From Nemertoderma westbladi (lineage: Eukaryota; Animalia; Xenacoelomorpha): a stretch of 54,863 bases of DNA. The stretch spans positions 1-54,863 of the forward strand of contig JAUCBJ010005428.1 in assembly GCA_032718475.1 (NCBI GenBank), in the 5' to 3' direction. The notes beneath the pieces were generated by a model, which was given only the letters and a program-made list of their open reading frames with translations, did not search any database and was not told the origin of the DNA. Shown here piece after piece: positions 1 through 13,724 of this stretch; the first letter of the stretch is position 1, and each line of letters starts with the position of its first letter. The translations under genes and the position numbers were made by a program.

Positions 1-809
1 ATCTTCACTGATTTTAGTCACATATAAAAGGAACACAGGCTGACTCATGTAGGGTCTATCAAATAACATTAGATTCACTTCAAACCACTTTAACATAAGT
101 CACAATCGTTATTGGTAACCTTTCTCTCTTACCTTCGGTATATCAAGAATATTGGGTTGCGGGGTTATTTATCGTTATTCCAAATATAATTATCCATCAA
201 CCATATTATGAAGAACTGACAGCAAATAGCAGTATAAAACAACAACTGAACACTGATTGTTACGAGTTTGCAATGTTTCAGCAGTCAGGATGTATGATCA
301 GTTAGCAGTAGTCTTTAGGTATGCCGATATGTCAGTTAAAGGATATATGCCCTTTATAATTAAACCTACTAGTGTAAGACTAAAAACAGTAAGGCACAAA
401 ATACTTCCAAGCCGTTCTTTCTTAGGCTCAGGACTGAATGTAAACACTGCACATAGGCATTGCGTCATTTCTCGGAAATTTTCTGTACAAGGAGCCACAA
501 AAACGCTCTAATTGGCTGACTGAACTGAGAGACGCCGTAGAACAAAGGAAATCAACACGTATGAATGTCAGCTGTTAACCGTAGTCATAGTAACTACTGT
601 TCAAGAGTAGCTATCACCCCTTTGCGTCACGAATTGCCATAGAATCATAAAATATGCCTTTCACAGTACACATACGGAGGAAATAGGTCTTAGATCCTCT
701 AAAAACACCGATACAGCAATAATACGGTCTCTTACACTTATTAAATCAACTACAGAGTATTTTAATGTAAAAGATAATAAAAATAACGGGGCAATTCAGC
801 AAAGGCTTT

Positions 810-2903
810 TACAGTGGTACAGAGCACCAGAGATACTCCTTGCGTCACACAGGTACGTTATAGAGCGTAGAGTACGTAGCTACCCGGTGGTACAGAGCAC
901 CAGAGATACTCCTTGCGTCACACAGGTATGTTATAGAGCATAGAGTACGTAGCTACCCGTTGGTACAGAGCACCAGAGATACTCCTTGCATCACACAGGT
1001 ACGTTATAGAGCGTAGAGTACGTAGCTACCCGGTGGTACAGAGCACCAGAGATACTCCTTGCGTTACACAGGTACGTTATAGAGCGTAGAGTACGTAGCT
1101 ACCCGGTGGTACAGAGATACTCATTGCGTCACACAGGTATGTTATAGAGCGTAGAGTACGTAGCTACCCGGTGGTACAGAGCACCAGAGATACTCCTTGC
1201 GTCACACAGGTACGTTATAGAGCGTAGAGTACGTAGCTACCCGGTGGTACAGAGCACCAGAGATACTCCTTGCGTCAGACAGGTACGTTATAGAGCGTAG
1301 AGTACGTAGCTACCCGGTGGTACAGTGGTACAGAGCACCAGATATACTCCTTGCGTCACACAGGTACGTTATAGAGCGTAGAGTACGTAGCTACCCGGTG
1401 GTACAGAGCACCAGAGATACTCCTTGCATCACACAGGTACGTTATAGAGCGTAGAGTACGTAGCTACCCGGTGGTACAGAGCACCAGAGATACTCCTTGC
1501 GTTACACAGGTACGTTATAGAGCAGAGTACGTAGCTACCCGGTGGTACAGAGCACCATGGATACTCCTTGCGTCACACAGGTACGTTATAGAGCATAGAG
1601 TACGTAGCTACCCGGTGGTACAGAGCACCAGAGATACTCCTTGCGTCACACAGGTACGTTATAGAGCGTAGAGTACGTAGCTACCCGGTGGTACAGAGCA
1701 CCAGAGATACTCATTGCGTCACACAGGTATGTTATAGAGCGTAGAGTACGTAGCTACCCGGTGGTACAGAGCACCATGGATACTCCTTGCGTCACACAGG
1801 TACGTTATAGAGCGTAGAGTACGTAGCTACCCGGTGGTACAGAGCACCAGAGATACTCCTTGCGTCACACAGGTACGTTCGTTATAGAGCGCAGAGTACG
1901 TAGCTACCCGGTGGTACAGAGCACCAGAGATACTCCTGGCGTCACACAGGTACGTTATAGAGCGTAGCTACCCGTTGGTACAGAGCACCAGAGATACTCC
2001 TTGCGTCACACAGGTATGTTATAGAGCGTAGAGTACGTAGCTACCCGGTGGTACAGAGCACCAGAGATACTCCTTGCGTCACACAGGTATGTTATAGAGC
2101 GTAGAGTACGTAGCTACCCGTTGGTACAGAGCACCAGAGATACTCCTTGCGCCACACAGGTATGTTATAGAGCGTAGAGTACGTAGCTACCCGGTGGTAC
2201 AGAGCACCAGAGATACTCCTTGCGTCACACAGGTACGTTATAGAGCGTAGAGTACGTAGCTACCCGGTGGTACAGAGCACCAGAGATACTCCTTGCGTCA
2301 CACAGGTATGTTATAGAGCGTAGAGTACGTAGCTACCCGTTGGTACAGAGCACCAGAGATACTCCTTGCGTCACACAGGTACGTTATAGAGCGTAGAGTA
2401 CGTAGCTACCCGGTGGTACAGAGCACCAGAGATACTCCTTGCGTCACACAGGTACGTTATAGAGCGTAGAGTACGTAGCTACCCGGTGGTACAGAGCACC
2501 AGAGATACTCCTTGCGCCACACAGGTATGTTATAGAGCGTAGAGTACGTAGCTACCCGGTGGTACAGAGCACCAGAGATACTCCTTGCGTCACACAGGTA
2601 TGTTATAGAGCGTAGAGTACGTAGCTACCCGGTGGTACAGAGCACCAGAGATACTCATTGCGTCACACAGGTACGTTATAGAGCATAGAGTACGTAGCTA
2701 CCCGGTGGTACAGAGCACCAGAGATACTCCTTGCGTCACACAGGTATGTTATAGAGCGTAGAGTACGTAGCTACCCGGTGGTACAGAGCACCAGAGATAC
2801 TCCTTGCGTCACACAGGTACGTTATAGAGCGTAGAGTACGTAGCTACCCGGTGGTACAGAGCACCAGAGATACTCATTGCGTCACACAGGTATGTTATAG
2901 AGC
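810..2903 (+). repeat. 73-bp tandem array (~28-29 copies) made of a MAPK15 exon 3' end ([19 protein letters not shown]) plus its splice donor
   Basis: Unit AGAGTACGTAGCTACCCGGTGGTACAGAGCACCAGAGATACTCCTTGCGTCACACAG|GTACGTTATAGAGCGT; period 73 (TGCGTCA at 841 and 914). It encodes the kinase activation/P+1 loop, and the phase-2 donor joins in frame to the exon at 8178 ([13 protein letters not shown]). Confidence 0.93.
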
Positions 2904-4974
2904 TTGTTGTTACTAGTGACCGCCTCTCCGACGAATTACACTACTACAAGTATACTATCGGGTCGATTTGGGTACAGAACGCCTTTGACTGGGCACCATG
3001 CATCTATATCGTTCTACTGTAATATAATACTTGAATGACCGTTGACAATGATTGTATGCTGTCCTAACCAGGCTGTACTAAATGATATATTTGGTTCAAA
3101 TAATGTATTTTGCTAATTTGGTACCCAGGGAATATATTGGGCGAAGTTCGATCATCTACAATATACCGATATTCAAGTCAGGGTGGGTACTTGGAATGTG
3201 GGTTAGTTCATTATGGGCAGGCGTCAAGCCGTCGACCATAATTAAAAAATAGCATATGGTAACCAAACCATACAGATCAATGGTACCGGTCACGCTGGTA
3301 TATGACAATGATATTACCGATGCCATTCCGGCAAAATCGGCCAAGTGACATTTTTGTCAAAATTGATGTTATATTGATATTATAGTATATATATAATTGA
3401 TATTATAGGATCGCATGCAATCTTTCACGTGGTAAAAACGGCTAAGTGATAGAGCCAATCAGTAAAAAGTTATTCAAATGTGGCATAACAGCCAAGTAGC
3501 AAGAGTACTATTTTACGCTTTGGCAGAAAATTTGCCATTCTTTTGCAAATCTTTTTGCCATTGTGCGGAGAACATCCTCATTGTTTTTAGGCGTTGTTGC
3601 AATTTCAAGAAATGAATACCTTCTGACAGACTGTGTAGTAGGTTTGTCAATATGCCAATATACGGCAACACAATATTGCCTCACAACGGTATCAATGCTT
3701 TGGCATTGTACTGTAATTTATTTCGAATTCCCCCGTTTCAAGGTAGGCTAGCCCTGTCTATGTCTATGGCCATAATGTCACCTGAAGTACTGCGTAAATA
3801 TCGTTATCAAACCAAATTCGATTTTTGCCGTTTAAAATTGTATGCTATTTGTATTTTTCGTCCCACCAGATGCGTTAGCACGAATGATTTTTAACGAAAG
3901 GTGTATCGTGATCATTTACGTTGAAAACCAGTATAGTTAAAACATTAACAGCTAATAATTCATAAGAAGCTACATAATAATGTATTTAGTTTTAATATCG
4001 TATGATATGAGGCATAACCTATCCCAATGGCGAATAGTAAAAAAATTACTAACAAAAATCTGATTATCTTAATTAAATTAAATTAATTAAATTTTGAAAT
4101 TTACCGTTTTTGCCAGAATGGCGACGTAGAATAAATATTAACTAAAGTAGTTTCGGTCAACCAAGAATAACTCAACAGACTTTCCGTTTCTTTTAAATGA
4201 TTCATAGAAAATATGATTTGACTAATGGATACGTATATTATTTTAAATATAATGTAAAAACACTACAATATAACACAATCATAAGATATTTATATGTACA
4301 AGCTCAATAACCATTAACATAGATAGTAATAATAGCATATCAATAATTAACACTTTCTTAATTAACTTACAAAATAAATCTAAATATTCCAGCCAAAATC
4401 GTAGGTAATATAATTATAATAAGCATTATTCTCCAAGGGGGTAATAGCAGGTCATTTACTAAAATTACTGTTAAACCGTCAAGACAACTTATAAATATAT
4501 TATAAACACAAACTTCTATAACTTTACTAATTCGTACTCGTAATATATGCGCAATTAGCGTAACAAAAACAACTCACTCAATGATATACGATGGTCGACA
4601 TAATCATTAAAACGTCCTCACATCGATTTCTGATACTCTCAAGCCGTTTGTAGTGGCCGCAACACGAATTCGAGGTTGGTGGACACACTGTCCTGGATTA
4701 ACATTGTTAATTCCAGTATTTAATCGGGATCTGTTTTAGTCACTCAGTTTGTGTGGTTTCGAATGCCGCACAAACAGTAACGGATTGGAAAGGTAAAATA
4801 TATTCTTTCGTAATTTTACAATTCACTTCGACGTTAAAACAAAGAAAATAAATGTTGCGAATTTCGAAATAAATATATAAGGCCCTAAGATATTTTCCAA
4901 GAACAAATAATAAGTGAATTGGAATGGTAGAATTCAGGGTTGTACCGGTACGTTTAGGTGGACATGACAGCTAG

Positions 4975-4975
4975 G

Positions 4976-5008
<33 letters not shown>

Positions 5009-5022
5009 GGGGGGGGGGGGGT
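4975..5022. repeat. (GA)n plus poly-G microsatellite downstream of GSKIP
   Basis: Seen directly in the sequence. Confidence 0.85.
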
Positions 5023-5240
5023 GCAGCCAGAGACACATAACCATGGTGCAACGGAAGCTCCATGGGTTGGAAAATAACATAACATATAAAAAGGGAAGCA
5101 AATAGTAGAAAATATATATAATAACAGAATAATAATAATAATGATCGTGATGATAAAATAAAACCATACCGAATGAATGGCAGAATGGTATCCGGTGGTA
5201 CTGGTACTGCCCTGTCCTACCGGAAGTTGACAGGCCTCAT

Positions 5241-5645
5241 CTAATTATGTTGGTTATCGGTAGTTTCTTGCACTTGTTTGAGTTTATCTATAAGAGCCTC
5301 ACCAAAGGTGAGTCTGTACTCGGGACTGACGTTATCTAGCAACTGGTAAATAGTTTCGTAGTAGGGGCTGTTCGTATCCGCGGTTGCTATGGTATCATAC
5401 TGGTAACTAACTACTTTGAACCCAGCGACAGTGAGTTCTACGCAGTATCGTCGACATTCTTTAGTTTCTACGTTTAAGTAGATGAGATCCTCTGACTGCG
5501 GGAGCGACTCGGATATCTGTACGTATCGGACCGCGAAGGCGATCTCTTTGACTGCTGCCGACGCCTCGATAGACAGGAGTTTTTCTTGTTCGCTCTCAAC
5601 TCGACTTCTGCGAGTTTCCGATGGAACTGGCGCCCTCGTGGACAT
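5241..5645 (-). CDS. GSKIP: GSK3-beta-interacting protein (DUF727), intronless CDS, nested antisense in a MAPK15 intron
   Basis: 134-aa ORF with EA..AVKEIAFAV, IYLNVETKE..RYCVELTVAGFKVV and YETIYQLLDNVSPEYR..FGEALIDKL, matching the GSKIP pattern. Confidence 0.9.
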   Translation of the reverse strand: MSTRAPVPSETRRSRVESEQEKLLSIEASAAVKEIAFAVRYVQISESLPQSEDLIYLNVETKECRRYCVELTVAGFKVVSYQYDTIATADTNSPYYETIYQLLDNVSPEYRLTFGEALIDKLKQVQETTDNQHN

Positions 5646-6467
5646 ATTGGCTGATTTGTGTATCGTTAATCGTATGTCTGTACCCTACCCAGGTACCGGT
5701 ATCTGGGTATGTAGGTATAAAATTAATCAACAACTACACCCAACTATCACTGTATCAATCAAAGTAATGCTGTAATGTACCGATAAGGGGGTAGGTCAGT
5801 AGGTAGGTATGAATCATATAAGTATAGAGGCTTATTGACTGATTGGCAGATTGGGGTCAACAGTAGATGTAGAATGGAAGATCATAAGTTCAGTCTAGCT
5901 GTACCTAATGTCAGACTGTAATCAGGTAATACTGTAATAATACTGTAATACAGTAATACAGGCACAGTAGTGTTGTACAGTACATGCACTGCACGCACAG
6001 TAAGCCTGGCGGCTGGCACATGGGCTTCCATATAACAGTATAACTACATTAACTGTATTTTATTAAGTTATTATTCTGTTATTACCTACAATAGAGCAAT
6101 ATGAAATAGAGGACCTACTGCATACTACAGTACTGTTACCGGTACAGAAGCAAGACGTACTATGTAGGCCTATATAATAGTAATAGTACGCCTTGTACAG
6201 AAGCAAAGAATAATCCAATACTGCTACAATATAGAACTACTGGTACTCGCAGTCGCAGTAAGGCAGACCGATGGTAGATGTTTCCACCTCAGGACTATCA
6301 CCTTCAAGCATAGTATCCACTGATTATGGGCCGAATTGTGTGGAGGTGACTGCTGAGCCCTTGGGTCCTGTCCTGAGTGATTTCATATCGCCTAACACAA
6401 TAAGCGACAAATAATAAGCATATAATATAATATAATATATATAATATAACATAATAGGCATTAATAT

Positions 6468-7316
6468 ACACGAAGTGGGGCCTTCGCGCAGCACGTGAAA
6501 TGAGTTAATGCTAAGTATCAACTCGAAAGGATTATAAAAACATAGGATAAGATTTTCCCGGAAAACGTTAACCCTCTAGCGGGAGACTGGGTAACTGAAG
6601 AAGGAAGGATTAGTTTCCCTACAAAGCCACAGCCTATGGTCTATTACATATCTACCAAGTTTCCGATTGACGGATCATAAATAACGAAATGTTGGAAGGT
6701 TTTCACTTTCATACATTTAGCCCTCTAGCGGCATATTAAAGAACTACGGATCGATCACCTTCCTCACAAAGACGAGGCATGTGGTCTAGTACATACCGGT
6801 ACTGTATATTCCAAAATTCAGCTTAAATAGATTAAGATCAAGGAATTCGCGAAGGTTATCACTTTCCTACATTTCGCCCTCTAGCGGCAGACTCGAAAAC
6901 TCCGGACCGATTACTGTCCACACAAAGACTTAGGATGTCTTCTAGTACATATATGACAAGTTTCAGCGTAATCTGATCATAAACAACTAAGTGGAAGAAT
7001 AATTTCACATTCGGGACATTTCGCCCTCTAGCGGCAGACTGGAGAACTGCAGACAGATTAGCCTCCTTTGAAATTTACAGCTAATGGTCTAGTACATACT
7101 TCCCAAGTTTCAGCTTAAACGGATTAAAAGCAAAGAAATGGGTGGCCATTTAATGTTTAGACATGTGGCCCTCTAGCGGGAGACCATTGCGCTGATGGTG
7201 TCTGAAAGTCTCTCAAAAATCTCAACTTTTGATCATATTGATACCTACAAATTTTCAACTTGGCAGCTTTAAATCCGACAAAGTTATTAGCATGTCAAAA
7301 TCGTAACGACGACGAC

Positions 7317-7348
<32 letters not shown>

Positions 7349-7460
7349 CAACGACGACGACGACGACGACGACAACTATTTGCATAAATTGACCCACCCC
7401 CTAACAGTGTCAATTCGCTAAGGCTCCGCCAACTTCGTGGCTCGCCCCACATTACTTGTT
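6468..7460. mobile_element. Non-autonomous Helentron-associated (DINE-1/HINE/pearl-like) element
   Basis: Five degenerate ~150-bp internal repeats (CCCTCTAGCGG at ~6572, 6721, 6877, 7024, 7169), then a (CGA)n microsatellite at 7305-7374, with short inverted GTGGGGC/GCCCCAC ends. Related end motifs occur at ~33590 and ~46612. Confidence 0.5.
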
Positions 7461-8177
7461 ATTTAAAGTTCGTTCGTTGATGTACCTACTGCTATAATCA
7501 GATAATAGCGGTCTACTCAAAATACGTTAAGATTTTAAACGATTGTCGTTAGATCTGTAGATTGAGGCAATTTTAATTTAATATCAGGTCCTTGCTCAAG
7601 TAAAAATGAAGATACAATATGGTTAAAACAGTATAACGGTTAAATTTATTTTTTCTGGCGTGTACTGCCAACTCTGAATGTTTTCATACCATGAATATTA
7701 TAAATCTAATATCCCAGGGAACTAGATAGCACAAGTATTATTGATTTGTTCCTTATATTGACATCTAGGATTGCAAAGCGCGATTTGATTAAACAGTCAT
7801 TTCCAATCTGTAACGCTCTGTGCCTGTACCTAAAGTGGAACACAGTCCACCAAACCAATCAAAGAGCAGTCGTCAGTCACTACTAACTGCAACTTAATAC
7901 TGCAGCACAACGATTGTTATTAATACATCGGCCCAACATCGCATCTGTTAAGTGATTGCGTGGCGTAACGATATATTATTCTATTCTATTTTATTGTTCC
8001 ATCGTGTCCATCAAAATAACCAGTCCATGCTACGCACTCACAGCATTCCCATCTTTCCATCGGCGTCAGTCCAGTCTTGATTAACTCTTTTATTCCTCAA
8101 TGGAGAAGTCTACAAATATTTTTCATCTGGTATAAAATACTGGATGTATAATAAATGTTTCCGTTTTTGTTTCTAAG

Positions 8178-8327
8178 GTATACGAAAGGAGTAGACATGT
8201 GGTCTCTGGGTTGTATCCTAGGGGAGATGGTTTCAGGCAAACCTATATTCCCTGGTTCGTCTACCCTCAATCAAATCGAAAAAATCATGGGGACAATACC
8301 GGCACCGGACAGAGACGATATACAGAG
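8178..8327 (+). CDS. MAPK15: MAPK15/ERK7-like kinase exon (subdomains IX-X)
   Basis: AAG acceptor; [49 protein letters not shown]; donor AG|GTAAGG; phase 2 to 2. Confidence 0.92.
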
Positions 8328-9180
8328 GTAAGGCACGTAGCTGGGTTCCAAAATTCTAGAACGGTTCCCATTTTGTTTTTAACTTAAATAAGCGAATACT
8401 GATGTGTCATGAAATCCTATGTAGACAGGTAGACTAGACCCCAAACTGCGCGTATCGTGTTAGGGCCCAGGCCAGGTTTTTCGGGAGGATTTTTTAACCC
8501 CTCCCCTACTTTATATCTGTCATTTCTGGTGACCCAATGCCGAAATTTGGGCCCGTAGTCGGGCTTGGGTTCCCATGAGGTTCAAAATCAAAAAGTTCGC
8601 TTCTACCGCTACCATGCAACGTTATTTTTACGTTAGAATTTTGATTAAATTAAATATGACCTTTCCTAACAGACACGCTCTCGAAATATAGGGCAATATA
8701 GATCTTTTTGAAAATTTGAAAGTTGTTAGTTTACTATAGTATTGGGTGATAGAGTTTGAATATGTTATATTTTCAGGGAAAATTTACAAACATTATATAT
8801 GACAATCAGATGAGATGAGTATATAATACTATATCCTGATTTAGCCAAACTCACGGCCAATCTATAAATATATTCATGGTTTAGCCATAAGTTTGATTGT
8901 GCTACAGTAGACAGATTGTACGGCACTACTAAAGTAAACTATTATTACAGTATGTATTTAATGATATCGGGAACCCCCTTCCTCACGCCCCCGGTCACAA
9001 ATCGTTACGAGATAGCAAACACCACACCTTCTTTCCAACTTGAAGTCATTTATGGATGGTCCCTTATTACTTACAACTTCAACAGTGTTGTCCAGTATAT
9101 GCACACTACAACTCGTATTGTTTAATCGTTGTTTATTCTAAATCAAATAATCCTACGTTTTGCTACATTTCTTGTTGCAG

Positions 9181-9363
9181 TATAAAATCACCATACGCCC
9201 TTTCCGTACTCGAGAAAGTCAACCCTCGACAGAAGAAGTCCCTCTCTGAAATTTGTCCGGGAGCTTCCAGCGATGCGTTAGATCTAATGGAACAGTTGTT
9301 ATTGTTTAACCCGGACAAAAGGATAACAGCCGAACAAGCATTGCAACACCCTTATGTGGCTAG
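9181..9363 (+). CDS. MAPK15: MAPK15/ERK7-like kinase exon (subdomain XI)
   Basis: TTGCAG acceptor; IKSPYALSVLEK...DALDLMEQLLLFNPDKRITAEQALQHPYVA-R; donor AG|GTGAGC. Confidence 0.92.
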
Positions 9364-10157
9364 GTGAGCACTAACAGTAGACCAAACATTGTGACACCAT
9401 GGCCTACTTAAATACGGCCTGCCAAATGGCAGCAAGGCCAAAAAATTAGTGGGTCGATTTTTCAAAGTTGTGTTGGTTTATATATTTGGATAAAGACAAT
9501 CAAGTTGTTGTATTTTATCTGAAATTTTATGGAGATTTCAAATATGCAATTGGTTTTGCCATACCTTTTTTAGTTTTCGAAATATTTCACGAAAACGAAT
9601 GGGTACCCCAAAAGTGGGTTCAAAAAGTGGGTTCACCATGAAAGTTTCAATAATGCAGAATCTTTAAAACGCACCAGTCACCCATCATTTGCGACCTATA
9701 AAGGTTCTCAAGGGTGGCGAACGTGATGGAAATATTTTCCTAACGAATGGTTTATCTGGTATGCTACTTTTCACTGGGTGCCGAATGTTGGTTCACCCTG
9801 AAAATTTCATTTTTTGGATACATATAATAATACTCATTTATTTGCCATGATTTACAATATACAGTATGTACATCTAAGTAGGCCTATTCTAAGTATTTTC
9901 TAGATGATTCGAATGTACCCAGAATTATAATTTTCACTGGGTAGTAAATGTGGGTTCAACATGAAAATTTCAGTTTTTTTTGGAACCTTCAATACTCTTA
10001 ATCAATACTCTTGATAGTGCGGCCATTTACGATCCATGTAGGTTTTCTTTGACTGGGAATCCAATGCAACTATTTTTTCGATGGGGCTTATCACCTTGAA
10101 TGTTATTTATCACTGAATTTTAAATGTGGGATGAACATGGAAAGTATTATTTTATTA

Positions 10158-10743
10158 GGCCCCCCTCACACGGAGCAACTTGTTTCTGCAACTTGTTTGT
10201 GAAACTTGTTGCTGGACCCCCTCACACACAGAAACTTGTTGCACTGCAATTTGTTTCCGAAACTTGTTTCTGTGTGTGAGGAGTCCAGCAACAAGTTTCT
10301 GCAACTTGTTTCTGAAACTTGTTGCTGGACCCCTCACACACAGAAACTTGTTGCTTCAACTTGTTTCTGCAACTTGTTTCAGAAACTTGTTTCAGCAACT
10401 AGTTGCTGGACCCCCCTCACACGCAGAAACTTGTTGCTCAAGAAAATAACAATTATTTTAAAACAAATAGCTAACATGTCCAGTCATTTATATATAATAT
10501 CACATCACTCAAATTATCGAATATTAGTTCTAATATAAAAATTGGATGTAAAAAAGGTTTTTAAAAAAGTTTCTGGGAATATAACTTCCAGCAACTTGTT
10601 GCTGGATCCAAGTTTCGGACTTTTCGGACTTTTCAGACTTGTTTCGGAAACAAGTTGCATCAACAAGTTTCTGGTGTGATGGGGTCCAGCAACAAGTTTC
10701 AGAAACAAGTTGCAGAAACAAGTTGCTCCTTGTGAGGGAGGCC
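10158..10743. mobile_element. PIF/Harbinger-type MITE nested in the P-like element
   Basis: TIR GGCCCCCCTCACACGGAGCAACTTGTTTCTGCAAC / GTTGCAGAAACAAGTTGCTCCTTGTGAGGGAGGCC; TTA TSD on both sides; many internal AACTTGTT repeats. Confidence 0.85.
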
Positions 10744-10870
10744 TTAGTATTCAACATTAATTGTTTTATATTATTTCATTCAGTGTTATAATTAATAAAT
10801 AATATGAATAATAAAATAGATTTAAACAGTTATTATTGCAGTGTATTAAATATCTGGAAATTTCAAGTTA

Positions 10871-12751
10871 TTATGTTTCCTTGCTGCTTTGGCGAATTTT
10901 GAAAACCTTCACGCTATCTTGCCGGACGGACTGACTCTCGATTATTGCTTTATTGTTGGCAAAAATGTTACTGATTGTCTTGAAAATAATTAGTTTGATG
11001 GTTTCTTCATGATCACCACAACTAAACGTCATATCAAAATTACTACAAAGGAAATCCAAAACTTTGATTGCTACTTTACGATAGTTCTTTGCTGCCTCCA
11101 AATTCTTCTCCCCTATCCACAGTACTTTGAAACATTCACGTACTAGGTTATTCATAGTGAAAGGAGGAATTGTCAGTTTACCACGATTAAGTAAGTCAAC
11201 ATAATGATGATCTTGGACTAAGTTTGTTGTCAAACCTGATGTACATAATGCACAGTTAACATCGGAGAATTTAGAAGTTTGTATGTTATATGGCCAGCTA
11301 CATATATATGCAAATTTCTTTTGTAGTATCATCCAAATCACTGCAGTTGTTCGATATCAATGTTTCTATCTCAGAAATTTCATCCCGAGTTTGTATGGTG
11401 AGCAATCGATCCGAGGTCGAATCACTATGAAGCCAGTCACATAAACTATTCAAAAATGCATATTTCCCGTCATTCAGAACAATAGCATTGCCTATGGGGT
11501 CTGGATGAAAACGTTCTCCAACATTTACCACTAACCACCAATGATGAATCAATTGTAGAAAACTGGCACTGCAGACCTCTTCTGGGAAATAGAACTCACA
11601 TGTCGGAGTGTGAGGTCTGAGGGACTGATACACTGATTCCGGATAAATGGTTGGATATGCCCCTTTAATTAATATTGGTCTCTGCAAACAAACAGAAATA
11701 CAATGCAATATAATATACCGGTAATGAAATATAATATTATAAATTTAACTAAAATTAAACAAAACTAACAATGATATATGTTGATATACAATGATATATA
11801 TATATATATGATATATATTATAACAAAATATAATTATTATACACTATTCCAGAACATAGATAAAATAAAAAATATAATGTTCTAGAACATATAGCTAGTC
11901 ATTTTTCATATTTAAAATGGCTTGTAATAAAAAAAACTACATTTTTTATAACATAAATCATTGTTACCATGCAAAAAATGTAAACTGTTATTATACCGTA
12001 TCATCAATATTTTTGGTCATTAATGTATTCTGAAACAGTTTAAACCTGAAATATCAATGTTTTCACATTTTTTATAATTACAAAAGATACTAGTTACCAT
12101 AAAAAAAAACAAATCTACTAATGTTCTAGAACACAAAAAAATGCAGTATTTTTAGAAATTAAAAAATATGTTGGGCCTAATATACAATAAATCATATATC
12201 AAAAATTAAACCAAAAAATAACTAGCTAGTCAATTAGCTAATGTTCTAGAACACAATATTTTTTTTGAAAAATGTTGCAATGAAGTCGGTTGTAATATTA
12301 CAATATAAAAAGTACATCATTTCATTAATTGATATCAAAATATAAAATGCGACTGCATACGGAACTCTAGCCAAAAAAAATGGAGCAAAAACTAGCTACT
12401 ACAAAAAAATCCCGGTTATGGGTACACATACAATAAGTAGTGCCAATAAATTAATGGTTGAAAAAATGACATGAGGTGTAGACATGGCGAAGAAGTACCC
12501 TTATATCTACTTACATGTTCATTTCGCTTTAGAAACTTCTCTTCGAAGTGCAATATGCAGATTTTCGAATATTTTGTTGGGGACCAATGCTTTTGGGTTT
12601 CGGAATCTAATCGATGTAACATAAATTGCTGCCACTGTGCCAATTCTTCGCGAACTAACGGGAAGCTGAACATCGATTGTGAAGGCCCATCGATGTTGGT
12701 TTGAGAAATAGACCCAGAGCTGCAGCCGTATACGCAGCACTTTCAAACCAT
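10871..12751 (-). pseudogene. THAP-domain P-type transposase remnant (spliced)
   Basis: MV*KCCVYGC...MFSFP...W...SKICILHFEE (C2CH THAP, TGA at codon 3). A GT-AG intron at 11682-12514 joins it to RPILIKGAYPTIYP (AVPTIF-like motif). 10871-11341 carries a CxxC...LNRGKLTIP C-terminal segment. The catalytic core appears largely missing. Confidence 0.8.
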
Positions 12752-13724
12752 CTTCTAGAGTTAATCTTCTTGAACCAACTTATAGTATTAAGCGTAAATA
12801 TAATAATAAGTACTGCACTGAAATGTTTATAGTGGGGGGATTATTATAATTATTATAATAATCTAGAAACCCTTGTTGCTATATCCCACATGAAAACGAA
12901 CAGCGCATTAAAATACGCATTATACACAGAATTTAAGAACAAACATTGAATTGTAGATTCTAGAATGTGCATCATGTCGAATGATGGATGGAGGAAAATA
13001 GCATAGTGACGCCACTGTGCCAATTTTTTGACTTGGCTTTCATCAGATACCAGGTAATTGGATCATGGAGAAAATATTTGCATTGGATTCCCAGTCATAT
13101 AAAACCTACCTGGATCGTAAAAGGCCGCACTATCATGAGTATTGAAGGTTTTCAAAAAATAACTGTAATTTTCATGTTACATTTAGTAGCCAGTGAAAAA
13201 TAGCATACTGGGTTCAATCGAATCATCTAGAAAATACTTTCATTGGATTCCCTGTGTAATCAAATCTCCATAGATTGTAAATCATGGCAAATAAATGAGT
13301 ATTATTATATGTATCCGAAAAATGAAATTTTCATGTTGAACCAACATTCGGCACCCTGTGAAAAGTAGCATACCAGATAAACCATTCGTTAGGAAAATAT
13401 TTCCATCACGTTCGCCACCCTTGAGAACCTTTATAGGTCGCAAATGATGGGTGACTGGTGCGTTTTAAAGATTGTGGATTATTGAAACTTTCATGATGAA
13501 CCCACTTTTGGGGTACCCATTGGTTTTCATGAAATATTTCGAAAACTGAGAAAGGTATGACAAAACCGATTGCATATTTGAAATCTCCATAAAATTTCAG
13601 ATAAAATACAACAACTTGATAGTCTTTATCCAAATATATAAACCAACACGACAACTTTGAAAAATCGACCCACTAATTTTTTGGCCTTGCTGCCATTTGG
13701 CAGGCCGTATTTAAGTAGGCCATG

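Larger units (their letters stand above)
9398..13724 (-). mobile_element. P-superfamily (Galileo-like) DNA transposon with long TIRs, internally deleted
   Basis: Termini CATGGCCTACTTAAATACGG... and ...CCGTATTTAAGTAGGCCATG; TIRs of about 680 bp; 7-bp TSD GTGACAC at 9391-9397 and 13725-13731; internal THAP and transposase C-terminal remnants. Confidence 0.88.

Noticed and set aside
2940-4900. Possible transposon remnant between the array and GSKIP
   Set aside because: No convincing TIR/TSD pair or coding motif found by eye.
7255-7452. Arg-rich protamine-like ORF
   Set aside because: It is a translation of the (CGA)n microsatellite.
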